This document shows, piece after piece, positions 23,915-31,887 of a stretch of DNA of 32,000 bases (position 1 is its first letter; each line of letters begins with the position of its first letter). The notes below the pieces were generated by a model. That model saw only the letters and a program-made list of their open reading frames with translations, searched no databases and was not told where the DNA came from. Position numbers and translations under genes: made by a program. Origin of the DNA: Breznakia blatticola (GTDB taxonomy: Bacteria; Bacillota_I; Bacilli_A; Erysipelotrichales; Erysipelotrichaceae). The stretch covers positions 38,929-70,928 of the forward strand of contig NZ_SODD01000006.1 of the NCBI RefSeq assembly GCF_004365815.1, given 5' to 3'.

Positions 23915-25211
23915 AATGCTCTCCTTTCTGAATTGGGATTTTTACTATTGTAAGAAATCCATTTGCTCCATCAAAGTGAATTTCTCCACCAATGATAACG
24001 ACACGTTCCATCATTTGTCGTAATCCAAATCCATATTTTATTTCTTTACAACCGACTCCGTTATCTTGCATTTCCATATAGACAAAATTTTCTTTTTGAT
24101 ATAAATGAATATCTATCTTGGTAGCACCACCATGACGCATCGCATTGGTAATACTTTCCTGGATAATACGAAACAATACATCTTCTTTAGCTTTTTCAAA
24201 ATCGATATTTTCTAAATTGTAGTGTAAATCTACTTGCAAATGTGATACTCCTGTAACCTCTTCAATCATTTGCTCAATTGCACCTTTTAGATTTTGATGT
24301 TCTAAAGCTCCTGGTCTTAGTTTATTAAGTGAATTACGAACATCTCCAATTCCTTGACGAACGACCTTTGAAACGATATGCAGTTGCTTCTTTGTTTGCT
24401 CTGTATTGATATCAATCATTGCAATACACGCATCAATTCCTGCTGCAATACCTGTAAGTGCATGACCTAGCGTATCATGTATTTCACGTGCCAAGCGTTT
24501 ACGTTCATTATTTTCACCGACCTTCTCAATCGCAAGTGAGTAATTTGTCAATTCACGATTGACTTGGTGAATCATATCAAGTTCATGCGCAATACGTTCA
24601 TTTTCCTGTATTTGATTTGCAATATACACAATGATAAAGCTTATAAATAAAAGTAAGTTAAATGTTTCCATTACATTTTTTAAAATCATCAATACACTTC
24701 TAACATTTGCTTCATAAATCGCAAAATATGCAGAAGGCGAACTCATCTTAAGAAACACAGAAGAAATATCATAATTGGTAAACAAGAATATGATGATAAG
24801 TGATACAAGTAAACCACGAGAGAATTTATCTTTCATATGATATATCGAATCACAGAACACTAAAAATAAGATTCCGTTATATCCCATGTTTAACATGTAT
24901 ATTAAAGAAAAACTAACACCAACTAGTGCAATATTATATAATGCATGGTTCTTCTTTTGCTTCTTATGATAGGTTCTTGTATACATAAACCCAATTAAAA
25001 CAAAATACAACAACAAAGATCCAAAATATAGAAAAACTGGATTTTTAGGAATGTATGTAATACGGTCTAAAAACTCTCGTGCCATCTGATTATCAACGAT
25101 GTATTTTGTGCCAAGCAAATAAGTAGATGCATAAAATAACACAATAATAAAATTGAGAATTGTCATGATATTACGTATGGTCGATAGTGAAGTGAAATAA
25201 TTACGTTTCAT
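23907..25211 (-). CDS. Polytopic sensor histidine kinase, HisKA_3 class
   Basis: About 200 aa of TM segments joined by short loops, the H-box REIHDTLGHALTGI, the N-box NAMRHG, and DNGVGC, GFGLRQM. The ATG at 25211 follows the SD GGGTGG and overlaps the upstream stop as TAATG. The GTG at 25220 is the alternative start. Confidence 0.9.
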   Translation of the reverse strand: MKRNYFTSLSTIRNIMTILNFIIVLFYASTYLLGTKYIVDNQMAREFLDRITYIPKNPVFLYFGSLLLYFVLIGFMYTRTYHKKQKKNHALYNIALVGVSFSLIYMLNMGYNGILFLVFCDSIYHMKDKFSRGLLVSLIIIFLFTNYDISSVFLKMSSPSAYFAIYEANVRSVLMILKNVMETFNLLLFISFIIVYIANQIQENERIAHELDMIHQVNRELTNYSLAIEKVGENNERKRLAREIHDTLGHALTGIAAGIDACIAMIDINTEQTKKQLHIVSKVVRQGIGDVRNSLNKLRPGALEHQNLKGAIEQMIEEVTGVSHLQVDLHYNLENIDFEKAKEDVLFRIIQESITNAMRHGGATKIDIHLYQKENFVYMEMQDNGVGCKEIKYGFGLRQMMERVVIIGGEIHFDGANGFLTIVKIPIQKGEHYD

Positions 25212-26164
25212 TATTGCCACCCTTTTTCATCAAAGTTATGAATGTTATCCTTTGTGATAAGAGTTACAGGAACAACAATTAACTTTTCCTCTTTATGTTG
25301 TAAACAGTTATACATTTGTTCAGCTGCAGCTTTACCTAAGGTAATTGGAGACTGTGCCACGGTTCCTAAAACCATTTCATTACTCATTAATAATGATTTT
25401 ACATCTGGTGTTCCATCAACTCCATAAACTTTCACATCACTTCTTTGATTGCTTTCAAGTGCTGCAATTGCACCAAGTGCACTTGGATCATTTAATGCCA
25501 TCACGACTTGTACCTCAGGAGTTTCTTTTAGCATTTCGTCCATCATTGGCATTGTACGTTCTAGTTGTCCTTCACATTCTCTTTCATTTATAATTTTATA
25601 ATTCTCATGACCTTCAATCGTTGCTAGAAATCCATCAATACGATCCTTTGCAGAACGGGCAGCAGTATGTTTAAGCAAAATAATATTTGCATGTTCCATT
25701 TTGGACATCATATCTTTTGCACATTGAACACCTGCATCATAATTATCAGATACCACGGTTACATCTACAACATCTTCATTCAACAAAGGTGCATCAACTG
25801 CTACAATTGCAATACCTGCCTTACTTGCTGCAAGCAGTTCTTCATCAATTGAGTCAGCATCTACAGGGTTAATAAAAATACCATCTACTTTTGCATCAAT
25901 AAAATATTGAATTTGTTCCTTTTGCTTATCTACATGTAGTGCTGGATCAAGGGTTATCAAAACATCACCATTTTGTTCGATGACTTTACGCATTTCATTA
26001 TTGATCACTTCATAAAATGGATTATTCATCGTCATATAGCTCACACCAAAAACAAGGTTTCGTGTTGTAGGTTTTTTATATTCCCCATACACAAATCCAA
26101 TCATCGTAAGACATACAGCGATAGTCACAAAACTTGCTATGATTTTCTTATATTTCATAGTCAC
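25211..26164 (-). CDS. Type-I periplasmic-binding-fold sugar-binding protein (RbsB/XylF-like), membrane-tethered, orphan
   Basis: 317 aa. It has an N-terminal TM anchor, and NPFYEVI, DGIFINPVD, VVSDNYDAG and ALNDPSALGA are typical of Peripla_BP_4/RbsB-type proteins. Confidence 0.85.
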   Translation of the reverse strand: MTMKYKKIIASFVTIAVCLTMIGFVYGEYKKPTTRNLVFGVSYMTMNNPFYEVINNEMRKVIEQNGDVLITLDPALHVDKQKEQIQYFIDAKVDGIFINPVDADSIDEELLAASKAGIAIVAVDAPLLNEDVVDVTVVSDNYDAGVQCAKDMMSKMEHANIILLKHTAARSAKDRIDGFLATIEGHENYKIINERECEGQLERTMPMMDEMLKETPEVQVVMALNDPSALGAIAALESNQRSDVKVYGVDGTPDVKSLLMSNEMVLGTVAQSPITLGKAAAEQMYNCLQHKEEKLIVVPVTLITKDNIHNFDEKGWQ

Positions 26165-26244
26165 ACCTACATTAATAATGTTATCCCCTATTTTATTTGT
26201 TTTAACTTATATTAATCATACCTAATTTATGTCACATACGCTAC

Positions 26245-26256
26245 TGACAAATGTCA
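26245..26256. promoter_or_regulatory. Palindrome TGACAAATGTCA in the sensor-operon/araC divergent intergenic region
   Basis: It has the same half-sites and the same 3' flank (CAAAAATAG) as 21909-21931. An extra TGTCAC half-site is at 26230-26235. Confidence 0.4.
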
Positions 26257-26462
26257 CAAAAATAGTTGATAGTCTATCATACACATAAAACCCTAACAAC
26301 TTTAAAAAACATGAAACCTTATAGTCTACTATATAAATGTAATTAACAACCTCATGCCATTCATCTTACATCGTATATATGCTCTCTAATAATTATGCAA
26401 GAAGAGCGGACAAAGTGTATGCAACGGTTTATAATTAGATATATAGAAAAAGGAGTTCATTT

Positions 26463-27341
26463 ATGGAGTGGATAGAAAATTTGAATGCATCGATTGCCTA
26501 TATTGAAGAGCACATTACTGATTCTTTACATACTAAAGAGATTGCTAAAGTAGCAAGTTGTTCAACATATCATTATCAAAGAATATTTGCTTATATGACA
26601 GGAATTCCACTATCCGAATATATTCGTCGTAGAAGAATGTCTTTAGCAGTAGTTGATTTGAAAAACACAGATATGAAAATCATAGATATTGCTTTGAAAT
26701 ATGGATATAACTCGCCAACTGCATTTAACCGTGCCTTTCAAAGTGTTCATGGAATTGCACCATCATTAGTTAAAGATGAAGGAGTGCGTGAAAAATCATA
26801 TCCTGCACTAACCTTTCAAATGAATATACAAGGAACAGAAAGTTTAGATTTTAGAATCGAAAGCAAAAAAGCATTTCGTGTAATTGGATCATCTATTGCT
26901 CTTCATGGTGAATTTAAAAGCATGGATGAACCTGTCAAACAAATATGGGAAAAGTGCGAAAAGGATGGCACAATTCAAACACTAATGCAATTAGCAAATA
27001 GAGATTCATCGAATATATTAGAAGTCATGATACCGGATACATATACAGAAAATTGGAAATATATGATCGCAGTTGAAACAGATGATCCCACTAATACTCA
27101 ACTAGAAGAATATACAGTTGAATCTTATACATGGGCAGTTTTCTCTTATGAAGGTAAAACTGCAGAAGAAGCGCAAAGGATAGGAAATCGTATCATTTAT
27201 GAGTGGTTACCTACAAGTGGATATGAATATGATAACGGACCAGATATTTCTGTTCATACATATATAGATGGAAAACGAACCATACTTGAATATTGGTTGC
27301 CAATAAAAAATAAACAACAAGCGAGGATATGTAATGATTGA
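26463..27341 (+). CDS. AraC-family transcriptional regulator with a GyrI-like effector-binding domain
   Basis: The N-terminal HTH_18 pattern is IAKVASCSTYHYQRIFAYMTGIPLSEYIRRRRM...YGYNSPTAFNRAFQSVHG, followed by a ~150 aa GyrI-like/SOUL-type domain. The promoter is cGGACA-17-TATAAT and the SD is AAAGGAG. Confidence 0.9.
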   Translation: MEWIENLNASIAYIEEHITDSLHTKEIAKVASCSTYHYQRIFAYMTGIPLSEYIRRRRMSLAVVDLKNTDMKIIDIALKYGYNSPTAFNRAFQSVHGIAPSLVKDEGVREKSYPALTFQMNIQGTESLDFRIESKKAFRVIGSSIALHGEFKSMDEPVKQIWEKCEKDGTIQTLMQLANRDSSNILEVMIPDTYTENWKYMIAVETDDPTNTQLEEYTVESYTWAVFSYEGKTAEEAQRIGNRIIYEWLPTSGYEYDNGPDISVHTYIDGKRTILEYWLPIKNKQQARICND

Positions 27342-27744
27342 TTTTAAAAAAGACAAAAACATAGAACCAACGGATGATAATCTTAAGATTGTACTGAAAG
27401 ACAGTTTTCTAGCATATAAAGAATTAACAGAGAAATTGTCTGATTTTAATGTAAATCTTGAATGGCGTTTTTACAAAGATGGGGGTTGGCTTGCAAAAGC
27501 TACTCACAAAAAGAAAACTATATTTTGGGGACAAGCAATGAGTGATTGTTTTCTTGTTGCCTTTCACTTTAATAAAAAAACCATTCAAGGTGTTTATGAT
27601 CTAAATATCGCAGAAACATTCAAACAAGAATTATTACAGGCTCAAAATGATGAAAGTAAATTCACTTCACTACGATTAAAAGTAGTAAACTCAAAGTCTT
27701 TACCTAATATTTATCAGTTGATTGAATATAAGTGTAAAGTTTAG
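27334..27744 (+). CDS. DUF3788-like small protein
   Basis: 136 aa. LEWRFYKDGGWLAKATHKKKTIFWGQAMSDCFLVAFHF resembles the DUF3788 pattern from memory. It overlaps araC by 8 nt. Confidence 0.55.
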   Translation: MIDFKKDKNIEPTDDNLKIVLKDSFLAYKELTEKLSDFNVNLEWRFYKDGGWLAKATHKKKTIFWGQAMSDCFLVAFHFNKKTIQGVYDLNIAETFKQELLQAQNDESKFTSLRLKVVNSKSLPNIYQLIEYKCKV

Positions 27745-27771
27745 AAATACACATGACCAATATACATTTAA

Positions 27772-27818
27772 ACAAAAAAACCTAGTCTTCCAAATTTTGG
27801 ATAAAGTAGGTTTTTCTT
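27772..27818. terminator. Bidirectional intrinsic terminator (convergent DUF3788 and luxS genes)
   Basis: AAAAAAACCTA...TCCAAATTTTGGA...TAGGTTTTTCTT forms a composite stem flanked by an A-run and a T-run. Confidence 0.65.
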
Positions 27819-27858
27819 AATTCATAAATATAAATTGATACACAAATGTATACATTCT

Positions 27859-28338
27859 CTATTTTGGATATACTAAGTGTTCTTCACTTAGATTTGCTAA
27901 CGTGTCTACCAAGTATTGTTTTGCCCAATACTTTGCAGCAACTAGGTTTAAATCTAAATAGTTTCCACATGAATAATCGTCAGCACCAGGAATATCACCT
28001 TCATAGTTTGCCATGAACGTGTATAGATCTGTGATAAGTTCAACAATATCTTTACTTTCTAAATCACCCTTTAAAATAAGGTAAAAACCGGTACGACATC
28101 CCATAGGACCAAAATAAACAGTTTGGTCTGCATAGGTTTCATGATTACGTAAATACGTTGCCCCTAAGTGTTCTAGTGTATGAATCTCAGCTGTATTCAT
28201 TACAGGTTCACGATTTGGTAATGTCATACGAATATCAAATGTAGTAAGTACTTCATTACCTACATAATCTTTTCTTGAAACATAAATACCACGATTTAAG
28301 TTTCTATGGTCTACTTGAAAACTCTCAATCTTTTTCAT
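27859..28338 (-). CDS. luxS: S-ribosylhomocysteine lyase LuxS
   Basis: SFQVDHRNL, HTLEHL and GCRTGFY motifs. The ATG at 28338 (or 28341) follows the SD AAAGGAG. The track extension to 28386 overlaps the upstream gene. Confidence 0.95.
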   Translation of the reverse strand: MKKIESFQVDHRNLNRGIYVSRKDYVGNEVLTTFDIRMTLPNREPVMNTAEIHTLEHLGATYLRNHETYADQTVYFGPMGCRTGFYLILKGDLESKDIVELITDLYTFMANYEGDIPGADDYSCGNYLDLNLVAAKYWAKQYLVDTLANLSEEHLVYPK

Positions 28339-28351
28339 CATTACTCCTTTA

Positions 28352-29404
28352 TTATGCAAAAAGCATTTCAATAATATATAAGGCAATCACACCAATTAGT
28401 CCCAGTATTAAGACTGCGATATGTGCCCATTTGTACATGTATAGTATTGCCATAAACTCACGAAGAGAAGCACCAAACCAAAAGTAGAAAGGTGTTCTAC
28501 TTCCAATTCCTTGAGCATTTAGTCCTACTTTTCGAGCAAGCATTCCTGAACGCATAACATGATAGTTACTTGTTGCAAAAACTACTTCATACTTACCTTT
28601 ACTACGTTCTTCAATCTTCATTTTGGAATACATCATATTTTCTTTGGTATTTCTACTTTTGTTTTCAATTATGATATCTTCGCGTGGTACACCGTGTTCT
28701 CTTGCATAAGTTGCCATCGCATCTGCTTCGCTTACTTTTTCATCACTACCTTGTCCACCACTCATAATAAGTTTAGGAATCTTACGATTCTTCTTTTTAT
28801 TTACATGTGCGAAGTATAGCGTAATCGCCTTATCAATACGCCGAGCAAGCAATGGAGTTGGTGTTTCACCATTGATTAATCCTGCCCCTAAGACAATAAT
28901 ATAGTCCTTGTTTAAACGAGGTTTATACACTGAATATAATAACGAAGACATGAAGTAGTTTGCAAGGTTAATTAGGAAATAAAATATTACAAACCAACCA
29001 TATAGTATGATGGAACCTTGAATTTGCGACATTGTGTGGTCCCTAAAATTAATTGAAGCAAAAATCAATGCAACAAGAATTCCAATTCCAAAGAATAAAA
29101 CAAACAAATTCATTAGTCCTCGTCCTTCTTTGAATATAAGAATGATACCGTTAATAATTGCTGCTATCATTAAGGCAACAATACCAAAGGTTAAATAGGC
29201 AAAGATAAATAGTAATCCTGCTGATCCAATAAATGTGAAAACAGGAAGTGTATATTCTCCTCCTAAGGATACAAAACTGATACAACTAAAACCAATAGCA
29301 ACATTAAATAGAAATCCATTAGTTATTTTCCGACGATCAAACAACCAAGAAATTAGGAAAATTACAATGGATGCAATCGTAATAATATAAAGATAATCTT
29401 GCAT
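28352..29404 (-). CDS. Polytopic membrane protein with a DUF218 (YdcF/ElyC/SanA-like) domain
   Basis: About 6 N-terminal TM segments, then YIIVLGAGLINGETPTPLLARRIDKA...LIMSGGQGSDEKVSEADAM...IIIENKSRNTKEN and one C-terminal TM. The ATG at 29404 follows the SD AGGGGAG. Confidence 0.85.
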   Translation of the reverse strand: MQDYLYIITIASIVIFLISWLFDRRKITNGFLFNVAIGFSCISFVSLGGEYTLPVFTFIGSAGLLFIFAYLTFGIVALMIAAIINGIILIFKEGRGLMNLFVLFFGIGILVALIFASINFRDHTMSQIQGSIILYGWFVIFYFLINLANYFMSSLLYSVYKPRLNKDYIIVLGAGLINGETPTPLLARRIDKAITLYFAHVNKKKNRKIPKLIMSGGQGSDEKVSEADAMATYAREHGVPREDIIIENKSRNTKENMMYSKMKIEERSKGKYEVVFATSNYHVMRSGMLARKVGLNAQGIGSRTPFYFWFGASLREFMAILYMYKWAHIAVLILGLIGVIALYIIEMLFA

Positions 29405-29406
29405 GT

Positions 29407-30114
29407 TTACTCCCCTTTCATATCCCAACGATAATGACCAACAATCCCCTTTTGTGCATAGCGCTCAAATGTATCTTCTTCACGTACTGGTTGACCATCG
29501 TTATGAATTAAATATGGATATCCATCTTTATTGCGAATATTGCTTAATATCGCAACGGATCCATTTTTATAAAAAATGATATCCCCTGCATTCCAACTCC
29601 CAATTTCTTCAATTGGTGCATCGATTCTAGTAATATGACGCTCAAAGAATCTTCTTTGATTGTTCACTAAACGAAAATTGATATTTGGATCTTCCGCATC
29701 AGGATATTGGTATGGATTTTTCTTAATATCTGCATCCATCAATTCTTTTAAATCATATCCCGCATGTTGTAATGCACGCCATACAACATCTCCATTCGTT
29801 CCTTCATCATCAGGTGGATATGCATTTGTATAATAGGCTTCCACATACGTTGGATGCTTTTTTGCGTCCGCTTTTGCTCCAGCTACAATATCACTATAAT
29901 CATCAATACCATTGTGATTATAATCAATTTCACTTAACATCTCTTCAAAATAGAAATCACTTGCATCGTATGCTTTTCTAGGAATGATACGATAGTAATC
30001 CAAAACAAAATAGCCTGCAATAACTCCTGCAATTACTAACAGGATCAGCAAGCGCGTAATCAGTTTAGCAAACCATGTATGTTTCTTCTTTTTTGGCATA
30101 GTACTATTATACAC
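29407..30114 (-). CDS. DUF1287-domain protein, membrane-anchored
   Basis: N-terminal TM anchor. GTNGDVVWRALQHAGYDL, NINFRLVNNQRRFFERH and AGDIIFY resemble DUF1287 (YijF-like). The start is ambiguous between GTG 30114 and ATG 30099. Confidence 0.75.
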   Translation of the reverse strand: MYNSTMPKKKKHTWFAKLITRLLILLVIAGVIAGYFVLDYYRIIPRKAYDASDFYFEEMLSEIDYNHNGIDDYSDIVAGAKADAKKHPTYVEAYYTNAYPPDDEGTNGDVVWRALQHAGYDLKELMDADIKKNPYQYPDAEDPNINFRLVNNQRRFFERHITRIDAPIEEIGSWNAGDIIFYKNGSVAILSNIRNKDGYPYLIHNDGQPVREEDTFERYAQKGIVGHYRWDMKGE

Positions 30115-30154
30115 AGTTTCCCTTAACTTTGTGTCAAATTACACCATAGACAAA

Positions 30155-30185
30155 AGAAAAAGATGCCAGTTTTTAGCATCTATTT
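30155..30185 (-). terminator. Possible intrinsic terminator after the 125 aa ORF
   Basis: Minus strand: AGATGC, 9-nt loop, GCATCT, followed by TTTTCTTTTG. The stem is short (6 bp). Confidence 0.4.
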
Positions 30186-30557
30186 TCCTCTTTCTAAACG
30201 TTCATATGTTCCATTTTTCACTTGAACATATACGTACTGCAAATCATCACTGACAAATACTTCCCCTTTGTAGTATTTATTGTGATTTGTAGATAGTTCT
30301 TTGTTTGTTAGAGTACGCGCTTTAGCTCTAGCTTTGATTGTTCCATGCGTCATATAACCTTCAGGTACACTGACTTCATATACTTGTGGTTCTTCTTCAA
30401 AATAATTAATACCTTGTATAAAGATATTAGGAACATAAAAGTCTTCTGCTAGCATCTCTCTTTCGCGAAACGAAATCGATGTAATAATCGTGACAACAAC
30501 AACAAAAACCAATAATGGAACAAGAAAGATTTTCTGATTTTTCTCCAATTTCATCAT
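30180..30557 (-). CDS. Small membrane-anchored hypothetical protein
   Basis: 125 aa with one N-terminal TM (FLVPLLVFVVVVTIITSI). It has no SD, and a TATAAT lies 6 nt upstream of the ATG. Confidence 0.5.
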   Translation of the reverse strand: MMKLEKNQKIFLVPLLVFVVVVTIITSISFREREMLAEDFYVPNIFIQGINYFEEEPQVYEVSVPEGYMTHGTIKARAKARTLTNKELSTNHNKYYKGEVFVSDDLQYVYVQVKNGTYERLERGK

Positions 30558-30627
30558 ACATATATTATACGGTATATTTTGTATGTTTTAGAAATCGTTA
30601 ATGACATTTATTCCACTGTGTATGACA

Positions 30628-31611
30628 TCATCTTGTAAACAGTGGTTCAATTTGACTTACGACTAATGAAATCACATCATTTGCTTGGTCAGTGAGCATT
30701 CCAGTAATACAAACGATCAACTGCTTACTTTCATTAATATATAACAAATTAGATCCATCACCCACGGCAGCATATATACGTTCATTCTCATCTAATACCC
30801 ACCACAAGTAGCCATAAGCAAGTTGTAAACTTTTTGCATAACTTTGTTGTTTTGTACTTTTTTCTAGCCATGATGCACTTACAATTCTTTGATTGTGATA
30901 TACACCATGATGCATGCAAAGTTCTCCAATTTTCAGTAAATCTGTAAGTTTTAAGGTTAATCCCCATCCAGCTGCATATACATTCTGTCCATCATGAACC
31001 CAACCACTCATGTCAGTCGATTGATAAAAATTCATCTGTGCTTCCACGCTATCAAAATGAATCCCTTCTTTTACTTGAATTCCCAGTGGATCAAATAATT
31101 CATCCTTGGCAAATGCAAGTACTGACTTACCTGTAGCTTTAGTAAGTATTGCACTCAATAGATCTGGTCCAATTAATAGTGCATATTGAAAGTTACCGAT
31201 TTCTTGAGGCATTCCTACCATCTCAATAGTAAAACGAACCCAATCATCACTGATGAAATACTGTTCATATACATCTTCAATATTTTCATATACATACGGT
31301 GTTTCCATTTTTAGAATATCCTCTATACGGAGCTGATCAAATGCTGATAGTCGTCGATTTCTTGGAATGTCTTGAAAGTAATCTGCAACTCTTACATATT
31401 CATCTTTAATGTATCCTTTATCAATGGCAATCCCTATCAAAATCGATACAATAGATTTTGTGAGTGAATATATATGATAATAATCATTTGCACTTCCTTC
31501 ATGAAAATAGTGTTCATATACACTTGTATCCTGATGCATAATCGCTACACCTTTGATATTTGTATATTGACTAACAATTCGTTCTTCTAATGCTTTAAAT
31601 TTTTGATTCAT
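30628..31611 (-). CDS. Beta-lactamase-family serine hydrolase (class C/PBP4*-like)
   Basis: SxxK motif in IYSLTKSIVSILIGIAIDKG, with YGYLWW later. The ATG at 31611 lies 7 nt after the SD AAAGGAG, and the track extension to 31677 is unsupported. Confidence 0.85.
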   Translation of the reverse strand: MNQKFKALEERIVSQYTNIKGVAIMHQDTSVYEHYFHEGSANDYYHIYSLTKSIVSILIGIAIDKGYIKDEYVRVADYFQDIPRNRRLSAFDQLRIEDILKMETPYVYENIEDVYEQYFISDDWVRFTIEMVGMPQEIGNFQYALLIGPDLLSAILTKATGKSVLAFAKDELFDPLGIQVKEGIHFDSVEAQMNFYQSTDMSGWVHDGQNVYAAGWGLTLKLTDLLKIGELCMHHGVYHNQRIVSASWLEKSTKQQSYAKSLQLAYGYLWWVLDENERIYAAVGDGSNLLYINESKQLIVCITGMLTDQANDVISLVVSQIEPLFTR

Positions 31612-31703
31612 TGTAATCTCCTTTCGTTTGTTTGGATATCCTACATTAACCTTAAGTCCATTAAAAATCATAATCAAGTAATATTTTAAAAGTTTTATTT
31701 CAT

Positions 31704-31767
31704 CAAAAAAAGGGGCTGTGACAGATAGGCATATTTAGCCAAATCTGGAGCACAGCTCCTTTTTTTC
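31704..31767. terminator. Long bidirectional terminator hairpin
   Basis: A7, then AGGGGCTGTG (31711-31720), then CACAGCTCCT (31751-31760), then T7. There is extra inner pairing of CAGAT (31722-31726) with ATCTG (31743-31747). Confidence 0.6.
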
Positions 31768-31887
31768 TTGGTTTATTCCATATATTGCTCATTTTCTTAA
31801 TCATGTGTACATTATTAAAAGCCTATTTTCATTTTAGGCTGATTTTTGATTCACTTTTGTATAAACTCTTTAAACTAATGTGGAAAA

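Noticed and set aside
23055-26215. Plus-strand ORFs 23055-23282, 25242-25427, 25345-25593, 25667-25852, 25687-25872 and 25973-26215, antisense to the sensor operon.
   Set aside because: The translations are His/Leu/Gln-rich and low-complexity, with no initiation signals, and all lie inside supported genes.
28275-28819. Plus-strand ORFs 28275-28487 and 28559-28819, and the luxS 5' extension 28339-28386.
   Set aside because: The first two are antisense to the luxS and DUF218 genes. The luxS extension (MPYILLKCFLHNKGV) overlaps the DUF218 3' end and precedes the real SD AAAGGAG.
31612-31677. A 22-codon N-terminal extension of the serine hydrolase ORF.
   Set aside because: A strong SD (AAAGGAG) lies 7 nt before the internal ATG at 31611, and the extension has no SD and an unlikely sequence.
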